A DNA stretch of 64,000 nt from Trichosphaerium sp. ATCC 40318 (taxonomy: Eukaryota; Protista; Tubulinea): assembly GCA_038496445.1 (NCBI GenBank), contig JALMLS010000540.1:1-64000 (forward strand), written 5' to 3'. Made by a program: the position numbers and the translations under genes. Below, in pieces: positions 11,657 through 23,249 of the stretch. The notes beneath the pieces were generated by a model that saw only the letters and a program-made list of their open reading frames with translations, was not told the origin of the DNA and made no database searches. Each line of letters starts with the position of its first letter. Position 1 is the stretch's first letter.

Positions 11657-12561
11657 CTAGAAGCAATATTGTGTGATGAAGTCATGCTTGCACTGTTTTT
11701 TAAGTTTACCGTTTACGTAACTACCTTGCTCCTCCAGATTACCACTTTTATACCACTTGCTGTACTCACCATCAAGTGTACCATTTAAATAACTACTTTG
11801 CTCTTTCTTTTGGCCATTGGCATACCAACTCCTGTACTGTCCTTCATATTTACCATTGATATAGGTGTATCGCTCACGCAATAGACCATTGGCATACCAA
11901 CTCTTGTATTCTCCTTCTTGTTTACCATTGACGTAATTGTAGTGCTGTCTCAATTGCCCATTCCCGTGCCAACACTTGTATACTCCATGCCTCATACCAT
12001 TAACAAGATAACAATGACTCGGTTTCAAACCAAGTCTTATACTCTCCGTGTAATTTACCATCCAAATAGAATGACCGACAACGAATTTTTCCAGATAACG
12101 TGTAGTACTCTTTATACTCGCCATTCTCTTTACCGTTTTTATAAGCACACTCTTTTTCTAGAAGGCCACACCATCCCCAAGACTTTACTATACCATCTAG
12201 TTTATCATTCTTGTACCATAATTGCTTCCTTGGAGTACCTCTCTCTGACCATAACATGTATTCTCCTTCTCTAGACCCATGAGAATAGAAACTTTTTGCT
12301 ATCAATGTTCTAGCTTTAAATCTCATCCATTTACCATGTTTTTTAAGATCTCTGTCGAACCTAGTGTTCCTTGCAGCTTGTTTCGAAAATAGAGGCCATA
12401 GAATATACGCTTCAAAATCTACATCCATTATTTCGAGTTGTAGCTCCACTGGAAGCTGTAAGAGAGTAATTTTCTCTTGTACAAATGCGTCTTTTCTCTA
12501 AGAATATTGTTAAAAGGTGTTGGCTAAAATTCTATTAGCGTACTCGGCGTTGAGCAGCCAT
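11657..12561 (-). pseudogene. F-box-like + MORN-variant (YwqK-like) repeat protein, frameshifted near 12020
   Basis: MAAQRR|intron|...LLQLPVELQLEIM (F-box start), then repeats of YxNGKxxGEYKxWYxNG. The reading frame changes at ACC-G|AGT-CAT (EYKTWFET to SHCYLVNG), consistent with a small deletion. Confidence 0.75.
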
Positions 12562-12842
12562 TACATATTTTAACGAACAGCGATTGATCAATTAAGTCAC
12601 GTGATTAAAAATCAATCGATAAAATGGACATCATTAACATCAACCCATACAATACCATAAATCACTGCAAGTGCTTCAACGAAATTGGAAGTACTAACCG
12701 CTTAACGCGTTAAATAGTCACGTAGGCTCATCCGCGCAAAGAAAAAAGTCACTATCTTTTCATCTGAACCTACTTTAATTTTATTTAATTTACAACTTTC
12801 ACCACTGGTGAAAGGGGGTGTTGCAACAACCTTACAACGGAA

Positions 12843-13649
12843 TCACATAACAAGGAAATCCAAGCCTGATTGTTTCAATATGAAGGCCATTACAGCAATA
12901 AAAAGAATACACGCCAAAACGTCCAAGGTGAAGATAGTGTTGGTTTGTCTCACTGGTGGTGCAACAGGTGCGTTTAATGTGTTTAGGACAGCCTGTGACG
13001 GAGAAGTACGAGAGGCTTGGGTGATGTGTTGAGCCCGTGGAATTTTTTTCTTTAGTTTTGGTGTACTGTATTCCTCGACCTCCCCTTGCGTAGGTGATTC
13101 GTCCTCGACTTCTTGTTTGCCTTCTTTTTTAGTTTTTTTTGGCTCTTTTCTTGACTTTTTGCGTCTAGGCCTCGCCATAGGCTCTGTATCTGGGAATTGA
13201 TTGTTATTTGATGGGCCGTTACTCGATCCTCCTGCATTTTCGTCGTTTCCTTCACACGATTCTCCTCCGTTAGGTAACGGTTCTGTGAGAGCGACATGCA
13301 TGTCTCTTGGGTACTGTTAGTACTGTTTTGTGAACGGTTGGGTTTTTTTTTTGTACTTACGCTGCAGCGAATTGATTTGCCACAAAGGCATCCATATTCA
13401 TTGGTGCTACGAGACCGGCTTCTCCAATAGCGCCAAGGTCGAAAACTTGTCCGCAAACGCACATTGGACTAATAAAACGTTACACCCACGCTAATAGGAA
13501 CGCAAAGCAAAATCTACACGTCACAAAATTTATAAAAGCGTTCAAAAAGGAGATTCTCCAGCTAAAACCGCGTGTAGTGTATAAAAATAACGTACTTCAT
13601 GATGAAACAGCAATTGTAAGTGTAATTCGTCCGACGTTTTTTGACACAT
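12843..13649 (-). CDS. Hypothetical protein with a C-terminal transmembrane segment (multi-exon)
   Basis: Consistent GT-AG splicing joins ATG 13649 to ORF 12843-13301; hydrophobic tail VLACILFIAVMAFIL. An alternative frame is also possible. Confidence 0.45.
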
Positions 13650-13739
13650 GCTTAACCGCAGTTAAGGCATTGTACCAACGCTTGATGTATTGCATTGTGC
13701 CCTCACTAGGTTTGTACACTCGGTTACAATAACTACATT

Positions 13740-15201
13740 TTATTTTTGTACAACACTTCGTTCAACAACGTCCGAATCAACTTTATTATCATCTTCTTTT
13801 TCCTTATCCTCTGGTTTCACCCACCAGCTTGGTGGTTTGCCACCAACTTCTAGAGAAGGAACTATCATTGGCGCCATTGCATAATACCGTGTTGGAGGTA
13901 CGTAATATAGCTGACCTAGAACGCCGTGTCAGTACGCAAGATGCACGAACTAAACAAAATTCGTACCATGATCACGGAAGTTGTAACGTATCTTTTGACG
14001 TATTGTCTTCTTTGTATCATCCCAAGGGTGATCTGGTCCTAATCCATGCAGCCCGAATGAAAACTCTGGTTGAAAAAGCACAAAACAGCTACAACAGTCA
14101 GAATTCGCTGTGAATAAACAAATGAAGATAAAATGAGTTCTTAATGTTGTTGTACCTATCTGTTTCTTTTCCTGCACCATGTGCATATCGTCCATGTGTA
14201 TCAGGATAACACAAACCAAACGTTGTAACAAAAATATTCTCATCATTAAAAGAATATCTACAATCATGTTATATAACTCTTTTAACGGATTTAGTCTTAC
14301 CTCCATCCCCTCCTTGCAATATTTGGATTATCCATTACAGCATTACCTGTACAGTTTTAAGAGTTAGCACGTGATAAATTACAAAAAGTATTTCTTCAAA
14401 TGACAGATTTTACTTTCAGTTGACAACTATCGATTCATTTCACTTATATCATACCTGCAGGATCTTCAACACTTACAGCTGTAAGTACTCTACGTGTAGT
14501 TTCTCCCATGTGCTCAACTGTATCAGAATATTCCTTACCTAAGCGTCTAATGAATACATAACCTGCAGAAACTTTTTTGACATTGTTGCAATGAGTTTCT
14601 TGTTGGTACCTTGAACCTCTATTACGAATCCATCCAGTCTAGCGGAATATCCTGTCATAAAAAATTTGAGAATTGCAGGAACGCTTCGCCTAAAATAAAG
14701 CGTTACGCTAATTTCAGAATTCAACGAATGCGGTACAAAATACAGCAGTTGTAAGCAATTGTTGACACTGTACAACGTGTAGACCTGTGGTTTTGCTATG
14801 CAATGCGTACTTTACGTTTTCCTCAAGCGTTAAATCTGTTTGCCAATCGTTTGAACCCCAAACAACTGCCTTCTTAGCAAAGAGGCAGTATGTGTTACTC
14901 TGCACTACTTTGAACTTCTTTACGGAGCTCAATTCTTTGGAAGAAGGATCATAACCTAAGCCATTGGCCAATATTCGTTTTTGGCTTTCCTGACATGCTT
15001 TTTAGCGGTTTTTGGTGACAACAACGGCTTTTATTTGAAACGAACCTCTTTTTTCTTTTTTCGTGCTGCTTCGCGTCTACGCACGCGTAATATCACCTCT
15101 GGTATCTTTTTCTTCTTTTTACAAAAGAAAGAACGAATTAAAACTGTAAATCCGTATAACACCACTAATCCAACAACGCCTATACTAACGGACACCAACA
15201 T
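13740..15201 (-). CDS. YqcI/YcgG-like protein with an N-terminal membrane anchor (multi-exon)
   Basis: Motifs YCLFAKKAVVWG, LDGFVIE, FFVTTFGLCYPDTHGRY, LFQPEFSF, IRQKIRYNF; N-terminal TM segment VSIGVVGLVVLYGFTVLI. Family call from memory. Confidence 0.6.
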
Positions 15202-15479
15202 GCGTGCTCTAACAGTTATACACAAGTATTTATAAGATTAGCTTCTGTGTTGGATAAAAATACGCTGTCTATGAAATTTATTTTGCTTGACTAAGTTCTA
15301 CATTGTTTGAGTTCTAGGTTGGTTGTTGTTCATCAAAATGGTATGTCTATTCTGTTTTAAGCTCCTATTAAACAATAAAGTTAGTACAAGGTCAAAAAAA
15401 AAAAGGCTTAGAAACACAAAAAAGGGAAAACAGTTTGGTCACGTGGTTGCGGTCAAAACATGTTTTTGTAATCGTCGAA

Positions 15480-16200
15480 GTCGCCAGAACCATAATTTGC
15501 ATAGATGTGATAAAGTAAAGCAAGAATTTGAAGAATTAGTAGTACACGCAAATAACATACCTGCGATAATCCTCTGGTAACCATTTTAATTTGCCTACAT
15601 CAGGCGTTTTGTTCAACTCTCGAAGTTGTTTTGGTGTTGCGTTGAAAGTCATTGCGCGCTTGCGTTTATTACTAGCGAAGATACGTTAGAACACAGTTTA
15701 TCACACGTGATAAACGTACTTGAGCTGCTCTGAATCTTTGTTAAAGTCTTGTTTATCGTTTCCGGTCAGTACTGTGGTTTGCCTCCATTCTTTTCTAAAA
15801 TTAACTGTTAGTTCTCAGTTTCGGCATTAAAAAACCGACACTGTTATTATCGGTTTGATTTCGTGCCGTACCTCTTTTCTGACCTTGTCTCCACGTGCTG
15901 TTTTAAAAAATCTTTTGGGTTTTCAACGAGGTGACGCTCAAGTATAGATACTAGGTTCGCGTTCACAGCATCTTGTACAGCTTGCGCATCGGACTAGAGT
16001 ATTATTAGAAAGATAACAGTTCTCAGTACAACCCAAATACAGACGTACTTGAAGTTTCGTCTTAAAAGACAACTGTCTTTGAGTACCACCTGGTGGTGCA
16101 TGTATAAAAAGGAAACGACGAAATCGTATGTTCGTCTGAAAGTTTGGAATGTGACAATAAAGAAAACTTCCTACTTCAGCCTATTTTGATTTTGTTAAGA
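15480..16200 (-). CDS. Hypothetical spliced gene, boundaries uncertain
   Basis: Short exons with GT-AG sites join in frame: ...QRQLSFKTKLQ|SDAQAVQDAVNANL|HVETRSEKR|KEWRQTTVLTG...|NKRKRAMTF... Confidence 0.35.
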
Positions 16201-16679
16201 AAGAGCCATTTTAATTAAAGAAAATTGAACGTTGTTACCTGTGTTTTAGGGTCTAGGACACGAATACGATCTTGTGCAACCACAAGGATCCTAGGCACCT
16301 TTTTTCTTTTCTTTACGCGTTCCTGTTAAACATGTCACGTGCGCACAGTACTAATTACAAAAAAAAAATTATTTGCTTTTTTTTGATTTCTAACATGCCT
16401 GAACAGCCCACCTATAATCAGCCAAGGCTTCCATAGTCATCATCTCTTGAGCACCCTCCATTTTAAAAGATTTTTTTTTTGGGGCTATCTCTGCGCTGGA
16501 ATTTATTTATTTGGTTTATTCTATAGTTGCGTGTACTAGCGCAGGGTTCAACACATTCATTCAATAGAAATGTCTTCCAAAGCAAAAGCCATACTTTGTT
16601 TGACTTCTCGAAAAAATGGCTAGATTTGATTTTATCGGCAAATTCTGGTGTACGTTAGTAGCGAAACATCCGTTTAACC

Positions 16680-19017
16680 ATGTCTTCATCTTCATCAACG
16701 TCAATGGACATAGACAATCCTACAGACTACGAAGATCTTGCAAAGCAAATCGTGCGAACAAAGAGTTTTATTTATTTGATCAAAACATGCTTGTGACGCT
16801 AATGATGCGTCTTAAAGGTCGAAGGCCCACCAGAAATACCAAATGATGAAATTATTTACGAAGAGAAAGATTTATTGGGTTGTGGCGCGTACGGTAACGT
16901 GTACAAAGGTATTTCACTACGATTCAGTCCAAAAAGAGAATAATTCCTTTGTAGGTGTTTGTAGAAACATGACAGTGGCTATAAAAGTGCCTCTGGATAA
17001 ACTACCGCCTGAGAAGGTAGAACAGTTTCTAGAGGAAGTGAAGGTTATGAAGTATGCCGAAATTAACCGTTTTTATGATAATTTTTTAACTCGCTTACTA
17101 AACAACAATATAGACAGATATTCCATCCAAAGGTTGTACTATTTATGGGTGCTAATACAAAGGGAGGAAGAGTTAAAATTGTCACGGAGTTATGTAAAAC
17201 TGACGTTGAGAAATTAATTGAGGATGTAAGTATCCTGTATATCCATGGCGCACTTCCGCGCCTCCGTTCCTTTGTTTAACATAAGTTAATAGAAATATGA
17301 TTGTCTTCCGCTAAAGATACGTCTTATGATGGCTAGAGACGCAGCTCTAGGTATGAATTGGATCCATGGAATATGTAAGATGGTACACAGGGATCTTAAA
17401 CCTGCAAACCTTCTCGTAAGTGCTTTTATTGCCAAAAAAAAATGTTTTTTCGAAGTTCTTGACACTAAGTTATGTCCAGGTTTCAAGTGATGGAACAGTT
17501 AAAATAGCAGATTTTGGATTTGGAAAAGTTTTTAAGGCGGGTAAATCATTCACAGGGAGAGCAAAAGGTGAGGAGAGCATCGAAGATTTTCCAATCAAAG
17601 TTAACATTTGTGGCGTTAATATTAATACTTATCCCAAGGTTCACCATTGTGGATGGCTCCTGAAGTTATGATGGGCGGAGAGACCGATGAAAGAAGGGAT
17701 GTATACAGTTTTGGTATCATCCTTTGGCAATTACTAAGCGGTGAATCTCCTTTCCAAGCGTTTTTTGATTATAATAAGTTCAAACGGTACACTTTGGGTT
17801 TTTTATCATGGAGTTTCTTGAGCTTACCTGTGGCTTTTTAGAGCTATTTGCGTAGATGGAGTAAGACCAGAAATACCAAGAAACGCATCACCACTTTTGA
17901 GCTCTTTAATGCATGCATGTTGGCAACCGCTGTTCCAAGATCGTCCTTCGTTCACTGAAGTAATAGCAAAACTCAATGAAGCCATTGTAGAAAGTGTTAT
18001 TGAAAATGAAGCAGGTAGAGCATTCTGGTGCAAACACTTTTGCGTTGGGAAAGAGGTATGCTTTCCAAAGGTAGACTAATATGACGTGTTAATGATAACG
18101 GCTAGGATCTTTCAGTCCAAGTGAAGCAAAAAGTTTTTGTTGATTTACTGTCACGTGAAGTTGGTCTAACTGACTTTGAAGTTATGGCTGGAACATCACC
18201 TGATTGCCTTGAAGAGTTCTTATGTATGTATTATTTGATAATTTGATACGATTATGTTTTGCTAACTTTGAGTTACACTAGGCTTTAAGATGGTCGTACC
18301 TACACTTGAAGCAATTATTAATTCAGACGAAAAGAAAACCGTCACTGTTGCGCCTAGTGAGCCGATTAGCATTACGCCTTTTGTCACTTTGGAAAGTTTC
18401 AATTGCGCTCTAAAGTGGTTTGGTTCTTTCATTACAAAGGACCAATGCAGAGGTGTATTTGCAGCCGTAAAAGAGCTAAAGGAGAAGATGTACGTTACTA
18501 GATTTATTAGTGTTTTTGCCATCTCTGGTTTGTTTGCTAATCTTTGTGTACAGGTTCTTTCATGGATACATGGGTAGTAAAACTGCTTTACAGATGCTTG
18601 AGGGAAGACCTATTGGTACCTTCCTCGTTAGGTTATCAGTAACAACGTGAGTTTTTCGTTAGAGTAAATTTGAGTAGATTTGCATTTCACTTTTGCTTTT
18701 CCTTATCTTTTAACTTTAGGCCTGGTAAACCGTTTACGTTATCATTAATGGAATATATTGATGGACTTTATAAGATAAAGCATTATCGAATTAATGGACA
18801 ATTCGGCGCAGGATACTTCATAATGTACGTATTTTTGTCTTGATACAATGTAAAAAAACGGTACTTACGTTGATGCTTTAGGAAGAACAAAAAGAAAAGT
18901 CCTTTATTCGCTACTATTCCTTTGTTAATTAAAGGATGTACATCATTTCTAGGACTTAAACACGAGTGTGATAAAACCAAGGGCGGAGACGACTCCTATG
19001 TATCTAACTACCAATAA
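16680..19017 (+). CDS. Shk-family (TKL kinase + C-terminal SH2) protein kinase
   Basis: LGCGAYGNVYKG, VAIK, VHRDLKPANLL, VKIADFG, GSPLWMAPEV, DVYSFGI, CWQPLFQDRPSF. SH2 motifs FFHGYM...GTFLVRLS...IKHYRI. Architecture matches Dictyostelium ShkA-E. Confidence 0.92.
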
Positions 19018-19765
19018 TAATAATAAAAAAAGGCATGAATGCACTACTTTTTTCTAAATTACGCGACCCACCCCCTCTGCCCCGGGGGTAGTACATACAG
19101 AATCCGCAATTTTGATGTAATAGCACCAGCCAATAAAAATTGTAGTTCACAAAGTCCGCTTAGTCTATCCGTCTTATTACTACAAGAAGAGTTCACGTCC
19201 TTGATAAAAAAACTACACTCTATTGTAATAGTATGGCTTGGTTTGTTAACATCACTAGGAACAGTTCTCCTACCAAGGAAACTTGCGGGACTTAACATTG
19301 TAGAGTTTTGGGAGACTAGAGATATTGCTACCTGTATGTTTAAACAAAATTACTCGCATAGTACATTAAAGTGAGATTTATTACAATAGTTTTATGACAA
19401 GCCAATAATCAAATCATATTTATGACAAAAGGCGAAATATTTTAAATCAATATTACAAGGTTGATCTTCGTCGACCTTCCACTCCGAATACGGAGGAGGA
19501 GGTGTGAATAGAAGCAGCCTATAGTGTCGTTTAGTGCCAAAGCAAGATGAGTTAGAAAAAAGCTGAAAATTCTGGTTTGTGGAAATACAACATTGAGGTC
19601 AAAAAAAAAAATGGTAGCGTACATCAAGCTTGAAATATTGGGTTTAAAATATTCCGTTTGTCATAAATATGACAAGATTATTGTCCATTTTTTTTGTTCG
19701 TCCAAAAACTATCGGTAACTGACCTCGCATTGTTTAGAATCTACTAAAGAATGCGATCCATATTG

Positions 19766-21181
19766 TTACTTGTTTCCATCTTGTTTTTTCTCCCTATGCG
19801 TTAAAAAGTAAGAAAAACAAATCATGTTGAGAGCATGATAAATACTCGTACCTTGGGGTGCCACGCCGCTGTTTTACCATCTGATAACAAGAGTTACACT
19901 TTTTAAGGTGTTTAAGGTGTTTACGGGTCTCTTGGGTATTGAGACCAGTTATTGGATTAAAACCATCAAGTTGGTAGGTCCAATGTGCTTCTCTATCATC
20001 AATGTCGTTATCTCCAACAACTTCTAACACAAAAAGAAAGACAGATGCATTAGGATATGGCTTTTCAGGCCAGGTATTGTTTCTTGGCTTTGATTGTTTG
20101 CGCAACTTCTTCTTCTTTCGTTTTTTACTGATATCCAGCTCGTGTGTGTTTGCAACAACTGTTGTAGTTGGGTTGGGTTTGTAGTTGACCAGCTTTTGCG
20201 CTATACTGTTTGCACAGACGTAATCAAAGAAGCCAATTCTTTCATGTTCTCTTCCATGTAAAATTGACTGAGTAATTGCGCCAATATGGCTACAATGAGA
20301 AAGCCCTCTTTCAGCTTGCCAACGTGAATTAAGACCACACCTTCCCACAGTATTACCTGCAGCTTGGCCAACATAAAGACGAGGGATTCCAGTCAGCGTA
20401 TCTATCACAACACTTGCATAAATATAGGAAGTATCCTCTTCTGCCTTGTTACAATAGTCCACCCACTGTTCAAAAGGGCGGTCTTCCTTATCTTCGTCGT
20501 AGACCATAAACCCCTTCTTCTCGTTTTCGTCGTAATACTTTTTTAATGCATCTGCTACGCGTTTAAAAAGCTTGCTGGGATGCATTTCAAAACGGTAAAC
20601 AGTGTTTGGCACACCAGCGGATCCCAGCCATATCAGCCGCACAGGTGTTTCCGGATATTCGTCGGAATAGACCATATCAACCAGAGCTACGCATCTACGA
20701 TGACAAAACAAGTCGATAGCCTCTTTGTTCTTGCGGAGCTCGTTTATATTATCCAAGTAAGGCTTGTGATCACGCGTCAGTCTTATTTTGCTGATTGTCG
20801 TTATATCATTATCAGGGATCGGTTGTGTTTTGATAATGGCACGTTTGTAAAAAACGTCAGCGACGTCCTGCAATATTTCCCGGCCTCGGCATACATTGAG
20901 GAAGTTACAAGGAGGCTTCTGTATTATTTCGACAAGTTCAGTTGCGGAGACCTCAACAACAAAATACGCATTGTCGAGGGGTTGGGCACGCGCAAAGCCT
21001 TCATTTGAAGAAAGCAGAACGAAGTAGCGCGGTTGTTCATCAATACACGCCGTTTCATTCCTGGATGGCGCGTCACGTGCTATCGTTGCCAGTGGTATTG
21101 GTGTTGAGTCGTACCTACAATGATTAGCGTCGTTTGGTCGTATGATAAATGTACGTACATTGGAGGTAATTGCGAGTTCAT
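19766..21181 (-). CDS. GIY-YIG family endonuclease domain protein
   Basis: YIY-x13-YVG(Q), then LNSRW...SH (catalytic Arg region), FLFVLE...IDDREAHW (Glu), GLN (Asn). The frame is open upstream of 20873 to ATG 21181 via a 44-nt intron (21115-21158). A second intron is likely near the 3' end. Confidence 0.8.
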
Positions 21182-21259
21182 TGAGATTGTTTGGTTGGGT
21201 TTTGCTTGTATGTTAAAGCAATAAACCTAGCATAAATGCCAGAATTCACTGAGATTTCC

Positions 21260-22424
21260 ATGACTTTTCAAGTAAGTTTCAACAGCTTTTGGGTATTTAA
21301 CAACGCGTGATGTACAAGATCCGTAAAGTAAACGCACAAAGGTACGCTTTGTGGCTCTATTTACCATAAAAACTTCAAGTAGAGCGCAACTGTGTATCAT
21401 AGACCTACCAACGGAGATTTTAGCGTATATTTTACGACAAACAACCAAATCGCGATTTGCTGCTTGTCAGACGTGTCATTGCCTTGAATCTATCATACAC
21501 GACATTGTAGGATACGAGAGCGTTATAATCCACACTATTGACCAGGCGAAAGAGCTTCTAAAATACGCCAGTGCCTTACAACACACAAAAATCAAACTAG
21601 ACGGCAAATTTTCTAATGGTCTTCTAAAAGAGTTTGCTGGCGTTCACACAATTGACCTCAGCTGTTGTAAAGGTATTTCAAATGAGGGTATAAAAGCACT
21701 TGCTGGTGTACACACTATTAACCTCTGCCTTGCTTCAGTGTCAGATGCAGGTATAAAAGCACTCGCTGGCGTTCATGAAATTAACCTTGAAAACACTGGT
21801 GTTACTGATGTGGGTATCAAAGCACTTGCTGGTGTTCATACTATTAACCTTTGTCTCACTCGTGTTACAGATGAAGGTGTAAAATCACTTTCTGGCGTCT
21901 ATAGTATTAACCTGTACGACACTGAAGTAACAGACAGATGTCTACCTGCACTTGCAGGTGTTCATACTATTGACCTGGGTGGCTGTAACGTTACGGATGC
22001 TGGTGTCAAATCTCTAGCTGGCGTTCATACTATTAACCTTATCAACACTCCTATTACAGATGAGGGTGTCAGAGCACTTGCTGGCGTTCATACTATTGAC
22101 CTTACATGCTGTATGGATATAACAGATAATGGTATCAAAGCACTTTCTGGTGTTCATAGTATTCACTTGCAGTCCACTTCTGTTACTGACAGAGGTATTA
22201 AAGCGCTTTCTGGGGTCCATACTATTGACCTTAGCTATTGTTCAAATATTACCAATGTAAATGCACTTGCTGGTGTACATGACATTAACCTTTATGGCTG
22301 TTCCAGTATAAAAGACAATGGTATCAAATCACTTGCTGGTGTTCACACCATTAACCTTATAGACACTTCTGTTACAAAAAAAGGTATCAAGTCGCTTTCA
22401 GATGCATGTAATATCATGATATAG
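21260..22424 (+). CDS. F-box + 12 leucine-rich repeat protein
   Basis: ATG 21260, intron 21272-21341. F-box IIDLPTEILAYIL...TC. Twelve 20-22 aa repeats of LAGVHTI(N/D)LxxTxVTDxGIKA. Confidence 0.9.
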
Positions 22425-23249
22425 ATCTAATACTTGGTATTTGCATCTTCTGATTGAACATTAAACTCAAAGGAAACAACCACAATAAACGTCTACTAGC
22501 TTAGAATGTTTTTATTTGTTGAGACAGCAAAGTTTTTGTACAATTGCTTGGATGTTTCTGATGCAGTTTATGTTCTTTCTCGTACCATTCGCTGTAATTA
22601 ATGTCGACTGTGATGTAAAATGCGTTTATCTTTGCTTACATTTCTGTACGCTAAACTTGGGAGGTATCTTGTGTTTTAACGTGAAGACAATCTCTGACTT
22701 GCGTGAAATTACTCATCATGTTTCGCATGTACCACTATATGTCTGGTGTTCAAGGACAGTTGACGGTACTTCATGCGCTAGTTGTTCTGTAGTACTTACT
22801 ATCTATGACCGGTACTTCTTAGGAAGACAAAGTTCATCGTGATATTCAACCATTGAGTCTGAAAACCACAGAACGCAATATTAGATTTTTTTAACCCTAC
22901 ATGCCAATTCAACAGTTTCAGCAACACGTTATTTTTGTTGACGATCAAATATGGCGTCATCCTTTCTTTATTTAAGACATATATTTTTATACAAGCGCAC
23001 ACAATACTTCACTGATTCAACAAAGTGAGATGACGGAGAGACTACAACTAAAGAACGCACATGCACAAGTTCAAGTGGATAAAAAATTTTATTTTATGGC
23101 TTGGGTTAAAATCACGTGACGCGATGAAAACTCCCTGAATCCGTGAACACCGCGTTACCACATTTACTATCATCAACAGAGTAACGTCAAACACTTTGAC
23201 TCGCTTTCCGACTGGGGAACTTTGTAAATTCTGAAAGGAAGTTCACTGC

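Noticed and set aside
11990-12050. Programmed ribosomal frameshift in the MORN-repeat gene
   Set aside because: There is no slippery heptamer, and several residues of the repeat are missing at the junction, which fits a deletion.
21630-22410. CRISPR-like repeat/spacer pattern
   Set aside because: The periodicity is that of an in-frame LRR coding array in a eukaryotic gene. The repeats are degenerate and there are no cas genes.
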